DNA of 47,763 bases from Bacteroidota bacterium. Lineage in GTDB: Bacteria; Bacteroidota; Bacteroidia; Flavobacteriales; BACL11. The DNA is taken from the NCBI GenBank assembly GCA_036139835.1, contig JAYZYW010000066.1, forward strand, positions 1 to 47,763, in the 5' to 3' direction. Made by a program: the position numbers and the translations under genes. Shown piece after piece: positions 20,095 to 30,455 of this stretch (positions are counted from its first letter, which is position 1; every line of letters begins with the position of its first letter). A model generated the notes under the pieces. It was given only the letters and a program-made list of their open reading frames with translations, was not told where the DNA came from and made no database searches.

Positions 20095-23025
20095 TTAATA
20101 ACCAAATACATCTTCCAAAGTCAAATGCTTTATTTCTCCATATTGTTTTAGCACTTCTAAATCTAAATCTTCTTTAGAACCTAAAACCATCACTACTCTT
20201 GTCCCATTTGAAATATGCGAATTATGAAAATCTTTTAAGCTAGTCAGATCAAAATCTTGCACTGCTTCAAACAAATCTTTTCGAACATCATGTTTAACTC
20301 CTAATTTTTGTGCTTTTTCATATTCAGAAAGCACTTTTGATTTGGTAAGCCTCTCAGTTCTTATTTTTTGCTCAATTGCCTCCCTAGCATTATTCATGTT
20401 TGATTCTGCTTCAGGCATAAAGTCTAATAATTCTATCATGCCTGCCATTGCTTCAGATAATTTATCTGCTTGAGTACCGATATAACTCATTAAATAATGC
20501 GACGTATTGGTATCTTTTGGTAAAGTATAAGTACTAAATACAGAATAAGCTAATGCTTTTGACTCTCTCATTTCTTGAAAAACAATTGAACTCATACCAC
20601 CACCAAAATATTCATTATGATATTTTATAATTGGCAACTCATTCTCATTAAATTTACTCCCCTTGGAAAGTATCATTACTTCAGCCTGTTTCATATCATA
20701 ATCAACAACATAAACCATTGGGTTATCCATTGGACTCTCTATAAATTCTTTTTTAGAAGGAATATCTTTTAAATCTGTTTTATTAGCATGTAACCTTTCT
20801 AATTCAGATGCAACCTTACTAATACTTTCTGGACCGTAATACAAAATTCTGTGTTTGTAAGTTGTTACGTCATGAATTAAATTAACTAGTTCATTTGATG
20901 TAATATCATTAAGTTCTTTCTCTGATAAAATGTTCATGAATGAGGAACTAGTACCATATTTTGCATAATTTCCCATTGCTCTCCAAAGAATAGTTCGCCT
21001 ATTTAATTTAGCGTCTTCTCTTTCTTTTAACTTAGTTGCTTTTAATTCCACTAAAGCCTCTTCATCAGCAACAGCATTTGCTAAAATAGTTTCAAAAAGT
21101 TGAACAGACTCATCAAAATTATTCGCAAGTCCACTTAATGTTACTTGAATTTTATCTGCAGAACAGTTGACAGATAACTCACAACCTAATTTATAAAACT
21201 CTTTTGCTTTATCGCTTGGAGTCATATCCACTGTACCTAAAAATTTCAAATAATCTACTGCTAATGCTAATCTCTTATCATGGTCTGTACCCATATCTAA
21301 TATATAATTCAACTTAAATCTCTCATTCTCAGAATTTTCTTTATAAATTAAATCTACATCACCGACATTCGATTTTTGAATATCTGTATCAAAATTTAAA
21401 AATACAGGTTCAATATCTTTAGCCTCTTCAGCTAATAAATTTCTTTTAAATTCTGACTCATCTTCTCTATTAACTGAAACAGGGGTAATGGCCGGTTTTA
21501 CAACCTTCATTACTGACTTATCATCACCATTTCTTTTGTAAACTACAATATAATTATCAGTATATCTTGCTTTAGTAAAATCAATAATATCTTGCTTTGT
21601 AATTTTTTCTAATTCAATCATCTCATTTTGATAATCTTTCCAAGAAATATCTAAAATAAATGCCTCTACAAATTCATTAGCCCTTCCTCTATTAGTTTCC
21701 ATCTTTTTTATTTGGCCTAATTTTAAGTCAGAAATAATCGCATCAACTAACCAATCTTCAAAGTTTCCTTTCTTAACTTCTTCAATCTGAGATAATAATA
21801 GATCCTTAACTTCTTCTAATGATTGTCCTTGTTTTGGAGTTCCATAAAAACCATGCATAGAATAATCTTTTAAAACATAAGGGAAACAACCGCCTCCTAT
21901 TAATTCTTGTTCTTGATTTAAATTCAAGTCAATTAAACCAGCTGCAGAATTTGCAAGCACCATATCAACCATAGTTAGCATTATTGCATCTTTAGTATTC
22001 GCGCCATCAAAACGAAACCCTACATACAATCTCTCGGCTTCAGGACCATAAACTTCTTTAACTACTGGCTCTGCTATAGGAATCTCATTTATTACTTCAA
22101 AAGTAGGATCTTCTTTTTTTACAAATCCTCCCCAATATTTATTAATTAATACTATAGTCTTATCATAATCAAAATCACCTGACAAACAAATAGCCATATT
22201 ATTTGGAACATAATATTTATTAAAATACTTTCTTATTTCGGTCAATGAAGGGTTCTTTAAATGCTCAATTGTACCAATGGTAGTTTGCTGACCATATTGA
22301 TGATTTGGGAATAAACCATCCATAAGAGATTCAAATAATTTTCTTCCATCATTATCTAACGAAATATTTTTTTCCTCATATACTGCCTCTAATTCAGTAT
22401 GAAATAATCTAAATACTGGAAAACGGAACCTTTCCGCTTCTAGCTTAAGCCACTTTTCAATTTGATTAGAAGGGATATCATTTATATAAACTGTCTTCTC
22501 AAAAGAAGTGTAGGCATTTGTGCCTTTTGCCCCTAGTCCTGTCACCATTTTATCATATTCATTTGCAATAGCATATTTTGCCGCCTCACCAGATATTGAA
22601 TCAATCTGACCCCAAATTCTATCTCTATTTACAGTATCTGTCATCTCATAAGATCGATACTCCTCATAAAGTGCTTCAATTTTTTCAAGCATTGGAGCTT
22701 CTTTTGCAAAATCTAAAGACCCAAAAATATCAGTGCCTTTAAAAAGCATATGTTCTAAATAATGTGCCAATCCTGTTGCATTAGCAGGATCATTTTTACT
22801 GCCTGCACGAACGGCAATATTAGTTTGGACCCTTGGCGCATCATCATAAGAAGTTAAATACACTTTCAAGCCATTATCTAAAGTATATATTCTTGCTTTT
22901 AAAGGATCTCCTTTAACCGTTTCATAATTATTTTCAATTTTATTCATTTGTTGTTTTGCGTTTATTGCGAAATAGACGCCTACTCCAACTACTAGCGCAA
23001 TGGTTAAGATTTGTTTTGGTTTCAT
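20095..23025 (-). CDS. M16 (insulinase) family zinc metallopeptidase with N-terminal signal/anchor
   Basis: GLAHYLEHMLFKG HxxEH motif, NAYTS, VYEEKN, second inactive half with EMRESKALAYS. Confidence 0.93.
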   Translation of the reverse strand: MKPKQILTIALVVGVGVYFAINAKQQMNKIENNYETVKGDPLKARIYTLDNGLKVYLTSYDDAPRVQTNIAVRAGSKNDPANATGLAHYLEHMLFKGTDIFGSLDFAKEAPMLEKIEALYEEYRSYEMTDTVNRDRIWGQIDSISGEAAKYAIANEYDKMVTGLGAKGTNAYTSFEKTVYINDIPSNQIEKWLKLEAERFRFPVFRLFHTELEAVYEEKNISLDNDGRKLFESLMDGLFPNHQYGQQTTIGTIEHLKNPSLTEIRKYFNKYYVPNNMAICLSGDFDYDKTIVLINKYWGGFVKKEDPTFEVINEIPIAEPVVKEVYGPEAERLYVGFRFDGANTKDAIMLTMVDMVLANSAAGLIDLNLNQEQELIGGGCFPYVLKDYSMHGFYGTPKQGQSLEEVKDLLLSQIEEVKKGNFEDWLVDAIISDLKLGQIKKMETNRGRANEFVEAFILDISWKDYQNEMIELEKITKQDIIDFTKARYTDNYIVVYKRNGDDKSVMKVVKPAITPVSVNREDESEFKRNLLAEEAKDIEPVFLNFDTDIQKSNVGDVDLIYKENSENERFKLNYILDMGTDHDKRLALAVDYLKFLGTVDMTPSDKAKEFYKLGCELSVNCSADKIQVTLSGLANNFDESVQLFETILANAVADEEALVELKATKLKEREDAKLNRRTILWRAMGNYAKYGTSSSFMNILSEKELNDITSNELVNLIHDVTTYKHRILYYGPESISKVASELERLHANKTDLKDIPSKKEFIESPMDNPMVYVVDYDMKQAEVMILSKGSKFNENELPIIKYHNEYFGGGMSSIVFQEMRESKALAYSVFSTYTLPKDTNTSHYLMSYIGTQADKLSEAMAGMIELLDFMPEAESNMNNAREAIEQKIRTERLTKSKVLSEYEKAQKLGVKHDVRKDLFEAVQDFDLTSLKDFHNSHISNGTRVVMVLGSKEDLDLEVLKQYGEIKHLTLEDVFGY

Positions 23026-23041
23026 TTACATCATATTTTAG

Positions 23042-24757
23042 TTAGTAATACGGGTCAAGATCTAATTTTATTCTTAGGATTTCTAATTGTGAATTTTCAT
23101 CCAACATTTTTTTAAATTTATCTTTATTAGTATAAGGAATATTACTCTTTTCGCCTTCCATTATTTTAGTTACAATTTCTATCTTATCATTTTCTAATTT
23201 ATTTCTTAAATACTCTAAAATTATATGCTTCTCTTCTAAAATCATTTCTTCCTGAGCTGCATTACTTAATGGAAATTCTATAAGATATCCGTCCAAAAGC
23301 TTAGGTTCATGAACCCCTAAAGTAATCCCAAGATTTAATTTCCCTTTTTCTTTAATAAAAACAATTAAGTCGTGCCATTGTTCAAGTAATTCTATTTTAG
23401 AAAAATCCATATCTCTAACATTTAAGTGAGATTTATCATCTTCAACAATTTCTTTATCTTCTTTAAATGAACTATTAATAGAAATCAATGATGATTTCTT
23501 TTTTGCATCTAAATTAAGTTTAATATTAGGGCTAATTTTAACATCTGGCAGAATGGATTTTACCTCTTTTTTATTGTTTTCTGTAATTTTTTCCACAAAA
23601 ACCTCTCTTGCTGCATCATTTATACTTACTACAAAGCTTTTAGGATTTTTTTTTTGATCCCCATCAAGCCCAATTGAAGAAATTCTCATTAGAGTAAGTT
23701 CCACCAATAACCTTTGATTATTTGTTGTTTTATATTGCACATCACACTCATTGCACAAATTCAATGCAGTTAACAAAAAAGTTAATTCGCATTTTTTTGA
23801 TTGCTCTAAATACCTGCTTTGTAAACTATCCCCTTTTTCTAAAAGTGAAATTGTACTTTCATCTTTTGAAACAAGCACATCTCTTAAGTGATTGGCCAGA
23901 CCATTAATAAAATGATGACCATCAAATCCATGTTCCAAAATTTCATTATAAATAGTTAATAATTGATTAATCTCATTTTTTAAAAGAGCATCCGTAATCT
24001 TAAAATAATAATCGTAATCTAGAATGTTTAAATGCTCAATAACGCTTTTAAAAGTGAGTTTCTTATCAGAGAAAGAAATCAACCTGTCGAATAAAGAAAG
24101 AGAATCTCGCATAGCACCATCAGCCTTTTGAGCAATTAAATGCAAAGCTTCTTTTTCAGCTGTAACTCCTTCACTTTTTGCTACAAAATCTAAATGAGCC
24201 GCAATATCATTCACCCCAACTCTTTTAAAATCAAAAATCTGACATCTAGATAAAATAGTAGGAATAATCTTATGTTTTTCAGTAGTTGCTAATATAAATT
24301 TAGCATGTGAAGGAGGTTCTTCCAATGTTTTTAAAAAAGCATTAAATGCTGAAGTTGACAACATATGGACCTCATCGATTATATAAATATTATAATCTCC
24401 AACCTGAGGAGCAAATCTTACCTGATCAACTAACTTTCTAATATCATCAACAGAGTTATTAGATGCAGCATCAAGTTCATGCACATTAAATGATGCACTC
24501 TCATTAAATGATTTACATGAAACACATTCATTACACGCTTCAACATTATCAGAGATCTTTTCGCAATTAATTGTTTTTGCTAAAATACGGGCACAAGATG
24601 TTTTACCCACCCCTCTGGGCCCACAAAACAAAAAGGACTGAGCTAACTGATTTAATTTTATGGCATTTTTTAATGTCGAAGTAATTGAAGATTGCCCAAC
24701 AACAGAATCAAAAGTTGTAGGCCTATACTTTCTAGCAGAAACAATAAAATCACTCAT
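23042..24757 (-). CDS. dnaX: DNA polymerase III subunit gamma/tau
   Basis: ARKYRP, GPRGVGKT, CNECVSC zinc site, DEVHML, LKTLEEPP, TILSRC; start at ATG 24757. Confidence 0.96.
   Translation of the reverse strand: MSDFIVSARKYRPTTFDSVVGQSSITSTLKNAIKLNQLAQSFLFCGPRGVGKTSCARILAKTINCEKISDNVEACNECVSCKSFNESASFNVHELDAASNNSVDDIRKLVDQVRFAPQVGDYNIYIIDEVHMLSTSAFNAFLKTLEEPPSHAKFILATTEKHKIIPTILSRCQIFDFKRVGVNDIAAHLDFVAKSEGVTAEKEALHLIAQKADGAMRDSLSLFDRLISFSDKKLTFKSVIEHLNILDYDYYFKITDALLKNEINQLLTIYNEILEHGFDGHHFINGLANHLRDVLVSKDESTISLLEKGDSLQSRYLEQSKKCELTFLLTALNLCNECDVQYKTTNNQRLLVELTLMRISSIGLDGDQKKNPKSFVVSINDAAREVFVEKITENNKKEVKSILPDVKISPNIKLNLDAKKKSSLISINSSFKEDKEIVEDDKSHLNVRDMDFSKIELLEQWHDLIVFIKEKGKLNLGITLGVHEPKLLDGYLIEFPLSNAAQEEMILEEKHIILEYLRNKLENDKIEIVTKIMEGEKSNIPYTNKDKFKKMLDENSQLEILRIKLDLDPYY
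23646..23655 (-). other. A10 slippery tract in dnaX (candidate transcriptional slippage / frameshift site)
   Basis: CAA AAA AAA AAT CCT AAA; one extra A gives TCC TAA, one fewer gives ATC CTA AAA GCT TTG TAG. Confidence 0.7.
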
Positions 24758-24783
24758 TATTTTAAAAATTGAAATACAAAACA

Positions 24784-24791
24784 CAAAACTA
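24784..24791 (-). promoter_or_regulatory. -7 promoter element (TAGTTTTG) for dnaX
   Basis: Exact TAnnTTTG. Confidence 0.5.
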
Positions 24792-24870
24792 ATATTAATT
24801 GCAAAATATTAGCCAAATAAATCATCAAATTAAAAAATGTTAGTAATTATGTATTATTGAATGTTTTTAG

Positions 24871-24878
24871 TAAATTTG
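24871..24878 (+). promoter_or_regulatory. -7 promoter element (TAAATTTG) for rpsF-rpsR-rplI
   Basis: Exact TAnnTTTG followed by CGGC. Confidence 0.7.
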
Positions 24879-24923
24879 CGGCCCGTAAAAATTAATTGAA
24901 TTATTAACAAAGACAACAGAAAG

Positions 24924-25271
24924 ATGAATACCTACGAAACTGTTTTCATAATGAATCCCGTTTTATCTGAAGATCAGATAAAGGAAACAGTAAAGAAATT
25001 TGTTGGCCATATTAAGACCAATAAAGGAGCTATTACTCACGAAGAAAACTGGGGCTTGAAGAAATTAAAATACGCAATCCAAAATAAAAAAACAGGCTTT
25101 TACTATCTATTGGAATTCCAGGCAGATGGAAAAATTATTAATGATTTTGAAATTGAATGCAAAAGAGATGAACGTGTGATTAGATGGCAAACTGTACGAT
25201 TAGATAAATTTGCTTTAGAATATGCCGAGAGAAGAAAAAACAAATTAAATACTGACTCTAAAGAGAATTAA
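24924..25271 (+). CDS. rpsF: 30S ribosomal protein S6
   Basis: YETVFIMNP, ENWGLKKLKYAI, GFYYLLEF, RDERVIR. Confidence 0.97.
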   Translation: MNTYETVFIMNPVLSEDQIKETVKKFVGHIKTNKGAITHEENWGLKKLKYAIQNKKTGFYYLLEFQADGKIINDFEIECKRDERVIRWQTVRLDKFALEYAERRKNKLNTDSKEN

Positions 25272-25273
25272 TC

Positions 25274-25540
25274 ATGGCAAAGACAGATGTTAAATATTTA
25301 AATCCTGTAGATATTGAATTAAAAAATCAAAATAAATATTGCCGTTTTAAGAAAATGGGAATTAAATATATTGATTACAAAGATCCTGAATTTTTAATGC
25401 GTTTCTTAAACGATCAAGGAAAAATCTTGCCAAGAAGAATTACTGGCAACTCATTAAAGTTTCAAAGAAGATTAGCTGTATCAGTAAAAAGAGCAAGACA
25501 AATTGCTTTACTGCCTTATGTAGCTGACAATTTAAAATAA
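25274..25540 (+). CDS. rpsR: 30S ribosomal protein S18
   Basis: YIDYKD, GKILPRRITG, VKRARQIALLPY. Confidence 0.97.
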   Translation: MAKTDVKYLNPVDIELKNQNKYCRFKKMGIKYIDYKDPEFLMRFLNDQGKILPRRITGNSLKFQRRLAVSVKRARQIALLPYVADNLK

Positions 25541-25561
25541 CCTTAATAAGATTAAGAAAGT

Positions 25562-26005
25562 ATGAAAATTATATTAAAACAAGATGTAGAGAAGTTAGGG
25601 TTCAATAATGAAATTGTTACTGTTAAAAATGGCTATGGGAGAAACTTTCTTATCCCAAAAGGATTAGGGGTTTTAGCTACTAAAGCAGCTGTAAAAGTTC
25701 TAAATGAGAACTTAAAGCAACAAACTAAAAAAGAAGAAACTGAAATTGCTGCTGCTAATAAAATTGCAGAAGCACTTCCTAAGTTGGATATTGTACTTAA
25801 AGCAAAAGTTGCGGAGGGAGGGACTAAATTATTTGGCTCAGTTAAAACTTCTCAATTTACTGAGGCTACTGCTGCTTTAGGCATAGAGATAAATACTAAA
25901 TTTGTAAAACTTCCTAAAATTAAAGAATTAGGAGCTTATGATGCAGAAATAAGATTACACAGAACTATAAGTGTAAATGTTCCTTTTAAAGTAATTTCTG
26001 GATAA
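25562..26005 (+). CDS. rplI: 50S ribosomal protein L9
   Basis: MKIILKQDVEKLG, VKNGYGRNFLIPKG, KLFGSV. Confidence 0.97.
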   Translation: MKIILKQDVEKLGFNNEIVTVKNGYGRNFLIPKGLGVLATKAAVKVLNENLKQQTKKEETEIAAANKIAEALPKLDIVLKAKVAEGGTKLFGSVKTSQFTEATAALGIEINTKFVKLPKIKELGAYDAEIRLHRTISVNVPFKVISG

Positions 26006-26025
26006 ATAAATGCAAGAGATGATTT

Positions 26026-26056
26026 AAAAAGCCAAATTTAGCTATTTGGCTTTTTT
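26026..26056 (+). terminator. intrinsic terminator after rplI
   Basis: AAAAAGCCAAAT-TTAGCT-ATTTGGCTTTTTT. Confidence 0.85.
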
Positions 26057-26058
26057 GC

Positions 26059-26088
26059 TATCCTATTTTAAATGGACGATATCCTATT
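26059..26088. repeat. 9-bp direct repeat TATCCTATT-N12-TATCCTATT upstream of the aconitase promoter
   Basis: Exact copies at 26059-26067 and 26080-26088 (21-bp period). Confidence 0.5.
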
Positions 26089-26118
26089 CAAATTTCAGAA
26101 ATATATAAACAAAATTAT

Positions 26119-26126
26119 TACATTTG
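26119..26126 (+). promoter_or_regulatory. -7 promoter element (TACATTTG) for aconitase
   Basis: Exact TAnnTTTG. Confidence 0.65.
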
Positions 26127-26152
26127 TAATCCTACGAAAATAAGAAATAAGT

Positions 26153-28420
26153 ATGATATTTGATATTGAAATGATAAAAAAGGTATACCAAAAATACCCT
26201 AAAGCAATTCAAGCTGCAAGAGAGATTACTAAGAGGCCCTTAACACTAGCAGAAAAGATCTTATATACACATCTTTCAGATGGAAATATAACAAAAGATT
26301 TTAGAAGAGGAGAAGATTATGTAGATTTTGCTCCTGATAGAGTAGCGATGCAAGATGCTACTGCACAAATGGCTCTTTTGCAATTTATGCAGGCAGGGAA
26401 AAGTAAAGTTGCAGTACCTTCTACGACACATGCTGATCATTTAATACAAGCAAAAAATGGTGCTAATAAAGATTTGCAAAAAGGCATCAATCAGAATAAT
26501 GAAGTTTTTAATTTCCTCTCTTCAATATGCAACAAATACGGAATTGGATTTTGGAAACCAGGAGCAGGAATTATTCACCAAGTAGTATTAGAAAACTATG
26601 CTTTTCCTGGAGGGATGATGATTGGAACAGACTCACACACAGTAAATGCTGGAGGATTAGGAATGGTCGCTATTGGTGTTGGTGGTGCTGATGCTGTTGA
26701 TGTAATGGCTGGAATGCCATGGGAACTGAAATTTCCAAAACTAATTGGAATAAAATTAACAGGGCAATTAAATGGCTGGACTGCCCCTAAAGATATTATT
26801 TTAAAAGTTGCAGGAATTCTTACTGTAAAGGGTGGTACAGGCGCTATCATTGAATATTTTGGAGAGGGTGCTATTTCACTTTCTGCTACTGGAAAAGGAA
26901 CTATATGCAATATGGGCGCTGAAATTGGAGCAACAACTTCTACTTTCGGATATGATAAAAGCATGGAAAGATATTTGAGAGCAACCAACAGAGATGGAGT
27001 GGCAGATGCTGCAAATAAAATAAAAGAACATTTAACTGGAGATGCAGAAGTTTATGCAAATCCAAAAAAATATTTTGATCAAGTAATTGAAATTAACTTA
27101 ACGGAATTAACACCTCATCTCAACGGCCCTTTCACGCCAGATTTAGCAACCCCTGTTGGAGAAATGAACGAAAAAGCTACTAAAAACGGTTGGCCTTTAG
27201 ATATAGAATGGGCCTTAATTGGTTCCTGTACTAATTCTTCTTATGAAGATTTAACTCGGGCAGCTTCTATAGTTGAAGATGCTGTAAATAAAGGACTAAC
27301 ACCTAAAGCAACTTTGGGAATAAACCCAGGATCAGAACAAGTAAGATTTACTGCAGAAAGAGATGGATTAATTGATGTTTTTAATAAATTTGAAACTACT
27401 AAAATATTCACCAATGCCTGCGGACCATGTATTGGACAATGGGACAGAGAAGGTGCTAATAAAAAAGAAAAAAATTCAATTGTTCATTCTTTTAACAGAA
27501 ACTTTGCAAAAAGAGCAGATGGCAATCCTAACACACATGCTTTTGTAGGATCACCTGAAATGGTTGCTGCAGTAGCAATTTCTGGAAGATTGGATTTTAA
27601 CCCTATAACAGATGCTCTTACAAGCCAAAATGGAAAACAAGTAAAACTTACAGAACCAACAGGACATGAATTGCCTCCCAATGGTTTTGCAGTAGAAGAT
27701 AACGGCTATCAAGCACCCGCAGAAGATGGGAGTAATATTAAAGTAATTATAAAACCTGAATCAAATAGATTGCAATTATTAACCCCTTTTAGTTCTTGGG
27801 ATGGGAAAAATATAACTGGTGCTAAACTTTTAATAAAAGCAAAAGGCAAATGTACTACTGATCACATTTCTATGGCAGGACCTTGGCTCAGATATAGAGG
27901 TCATTTAGATAATATTTCTAATAACTGCTTAATAGGTGCTGTCAATGCTTTTGGAGGAAATACAAATGCAGTGGTTAATCAGTTAAATCAGAAAACAGAT
28001 GAAGTTCCAAATGTAGCAAGAGCATACAAAGCAGCAGGAATTACTTCAATTGTTGTTGGAGACCACAACTATGGAGAAGGATCATCAAGAGAGCATGCGG
28101 CTATGGAGCCTAGACATTTGGGTGTAATTGCTGTAATTGTCAAATCTTTTGCTCGTATTCATGAAACAAATCTTAAGAAACAAGGAATGTTAGGTCTTAC
28201 TTTTGCAAATGAAAGTGACTATGATTTAATAAAAGAAGATGACATTTTTAACTTTACAGATTTATCTGATTTTACTGAGGGAAAACAGCTCACTTTAGAA
28301 GTAGTGCATAATGATGGGGAAACTGATAATTTAATATTAAACCATACCTATAATGAAGCTCAAATTGAATGGTTTAAAGCAGGTTCTGCACTTAACTTGA
28401 TTAGAGCGCAAAATTCTTAA
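26153..28420 (+). CDS. acnA: aconitate hydratase (mitochondrial-like type)
   Basis: [52 protein letters not shown]. Confidence 0.96.
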   Translation: MIFDIEMIKKVYQKYPKAIQAAREITKRPLTLAEKILYTHLSDGNITKDFRRGEDYVDFAPDRVAMQDATAQMALLQFMQAGKSKVAVPSTTHADHLIQAKNGANKDLQKGINQNNEVFNFLSSICNKYGIGFWKPGAGIIHQVVLENYAFPGGMMIGTDSHTVNAGGLGMVAIGVGGADAVDVMAGMPWELKFPKLIGIKLTGQLNGWTAPKDIILKVAGILTVKGGTGAIIEYFGEGAISLSATGKGTICNMGAEIGATTSTFGYDKSMERYLRATNRDGVADAANKIKEHLTGDAEVYANPKKYFDQVIEINLTELTPHLNGPFTPDLATPVGEMNEKATKNGWPLDIEWALIGSCTNSSYEDLTRAASIVEDAVNKGLTPKATLGINPGSEQVRFTAERDGLIDVFNKFETTKIFTNACGPCIGQWDREGANKKEKNSIVHSFNRNFAKRADGNPNTHAFVGSPEMVAAVAISGRLDFNPITDALTSQNGKQVKLTEPTGHELPPNGFAVEDNGYQAPAEDGSNIKVIIKPESNRLQLLTPFSSWDGKNITGAKLLIKAKGKCTTDHISMAGPWLRYRGHLDNISNNCLIGAVNAFGGNTNAVVNQLNQKTDEVPNVARAYKAAGITSIVVGDHNYGEGSSREHAAMEPRHLGVIAVIVKSFARIHETNLKKQGMLGLTFANESDYDLIKEDDIFNFTDLSDFTEGKQLTLEVVHNDGETDNLILNHTYNEAQIEWFKAGSALNLIRAQNS

Positions 28421-28430
28421 TAATAAAATC

Positions 28431-28438
28431 TATCTTTG
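28431..28438 (+). promoter_or_regulatory. -7 promoter element (TATCTTTG) 4 nt before the ATG
   Basis: TATCTTTG-CAAG-ATG. Confidence 0.65.
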
Positions 28439-28442
28439 CAAG

Positions 28443-30404
28443 ATGAGGAGATTATTGCTTTCTTTACTTTTTATCACACCACAACTTTTATTTGCTCAAT
28501 CTCCTAATTGTCTTGGAGCAGAGCCATTCTGCACAGGAACAAACTACACTTTCCCTGCATCAACAAATACAACTTCACCAACAGGCCCTTATTATGATTG
28601 CCTATTTACTCAGCCAAACCCTGCATTTTATTACCTGCAAATTGATCAACCAGGTAATATAACAATTTTTATGCAGAGCACTCCACTTGTTGATATTGAT
28701 TTTATTTGTTGGGGACCATTTACAGATCCTAGTACTATGTGTGATAGTTTAACTGCAGCATACGTAGAAGATTGTAGCTACTCTCCAAATCCAACAGAAA
28801 CTTGTAATATTACAAATGCTGTAACAGGGCAATTTTATATTTTATTAATTACAAATTACTCAAATCAAGTGTGTAACATTGACTTCTCTCAGACAGGAGG
28901 AAATGGAACAACAGACTGCTGTATATTAGGAGATGCAGGCGATGACAATATAACCCCAGGATATACAGCATGCAGCAGTGATCCATCATTTAATATGGAA
29001 AATGAATTAAATGGATTGCCATCTACTGGAGGAACTTGGTATGATAATACTTGGAATGTAGTTGGAAATAACTTTAATCCTGCCACTGGAACAAGTGGCA
29101 TATATTCTTATATTGTATTAGGATCAGCTCCAGCAGGCTCAACTGTGACATGTCCAGATGACACAGCCTCTCTGTCTATAACTATCAATCCTGACCCAAT
29201 CATTACATTTTCTGTTTTAAATGATATATGTACAAATGAACCTCCAGTAACCCTAAACAATGCCATTCCACTAGGTGGAATTTATTCTGGGAATGGAGTA
29301 GTCTCAGGAATATTTACCCCAAGCAACTCAATACTAGGGAGCAATACTATTACTTACAACTTAACTGATGCTAATGGATGCTCTGATGTTGAAACACAAA
29401 CAATAACTGTGAATGAGACTCCAAGTGTTTCTTTAGGTTCAGACACGGAAATACCTTGTAGATCATCAATAACAATTACACCTACAATAAATGGAGGAAC
29501 ATTGCCCTATAGTTATTTGTGGAATGATGGTTCTAGTAGTTCTGATATAATTGCTTCTGGGGGGACCATTAGTTTAACATTAACTGATGCAAATGGGTGT
29601 ACTGAATCTGATGATGTAATAATTACACAAGATATTACTCCAATTGTAACAATAAGTGGTGGTGGACCTATTTGTGATGATGGCACAACAACTGATATAG
29701 ATTTTACTTTTAGTGGCCTATTACCATGGAATTTAACTTATACAAATGGAAGTGTTTCATCAACAATTAACAATATAGATTCAAACAGTTACTCTATAAC
29801 AACTTCAAATCCAGGGGAATACAATATAATATTAGCAGATGACCCTAATGCATGTGAAGCAGATATTATTGGAAATAATATTATTATAACAGTCAACCCA
29901 TTACCAACACCTGTAATTAACCCAGAATTTTATGAAATATATCCTGGAGAAGAGATTTCTTTAACAACTGGAACATATTCATACTACTGGTGGTATGATA
30001 ATAACGATTCTCTTATTTCCGAGAACGAGATTCTTATTGTAGACTCTACTTTAACAACCTATTTAATAGTGGAAGACGACAAAGGATGTGTTGGGATATC
30101 AGCAACTGCAGTAATTGAATATATACCAAGAGTTGAGCTCTTCATACCTAACACATTTACACCTAATGGTGATGAACATAATGATTTGTTTGTAACTATA
30201 GGTGGTAATATAGAAACTTTCTATATGATTATAACTAACAGGTGGGGGGAAGTTGTTTACACAACAAATGATATTAATAAATTCTGGGATGGCAAGTTTA
30301 AAAGGAGTCCTGCAGAACAAGGAACTTACAGCTATCGAATTGATATAATAGGAACAGATAAAAGACCATTCAATACTTCTGGAACAGTTAATGTGCTGTA
30401 TTAA
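28443..30404 (+). CDS. secreted T9SS cargo with type B (gliding-motility-associated) C-terminal domain; Cys/Thr-rich Ig-like repeats
   Basis: Signal peptide; FIPNTFTPNGDEHNDLF...NRWGEVVY...WDG...GTYSY CTD; TDANGC and YSYLWNDGS repeat motifs. Confidence 0.92.
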   Translation: MRRLLLSLLFITPQLLFAQSPNCLGAEPFCTGTNYTFPASTNTTSPTGPYYDCLFTQPNPAFYYLQIDQPGNITIFMQSTPLVDIDFICWGPFTDPSTMCDSLTAAYVEDCSYSPNPTETCNITNAVTGQFYILLITNYSNQVCNIDFSQTGGNGTTDCCILGDAGDDNITPGYTACSSDPSFNMENELNGLPSTGGTWYDNTWNVVGNNFNPATGTSGIYSYIVLGSAPAGSTVTCPDDTASLSITINPDPIITFSVLNDICTNEPPVTLNNAIPLGGIYSGNGVVSGIFTPSNSILGSNTITYNLTDANGCSDVETQTITVNETPSVSLGSDTEIPCRSSITITPTINGGTLPYSYLWNDGSSSSDIIASGGTISLTLTDANGCTESDDVIITQDITPIVTISGGGPICDDGTTTDIDFTFSGLLPWNLTYTNGSVSSTINNIDSNSYSITTSNPGEYNIILADDPNACEADIIGNNIIITVNPLPTPVINPEFYEIYPGEEISLTTGTYSYYWWYDNNDSLISENEILIVDSTLTTYLIVEDDKGCVGISATAVIEYIPRVELFIPNTFTPNGDEHNDLFVTIGGNIETFYMIITNRWGEVVYTTNDINKFWDGKFKRSPAEQGTYSYRIDIIGTDKRPFNTSGTVNVLY

Positions 30405-30455
30405 GATGAGGCTTGCTTAGCACTAATAATAAATCAAAAGGGACAAACTATCTTA

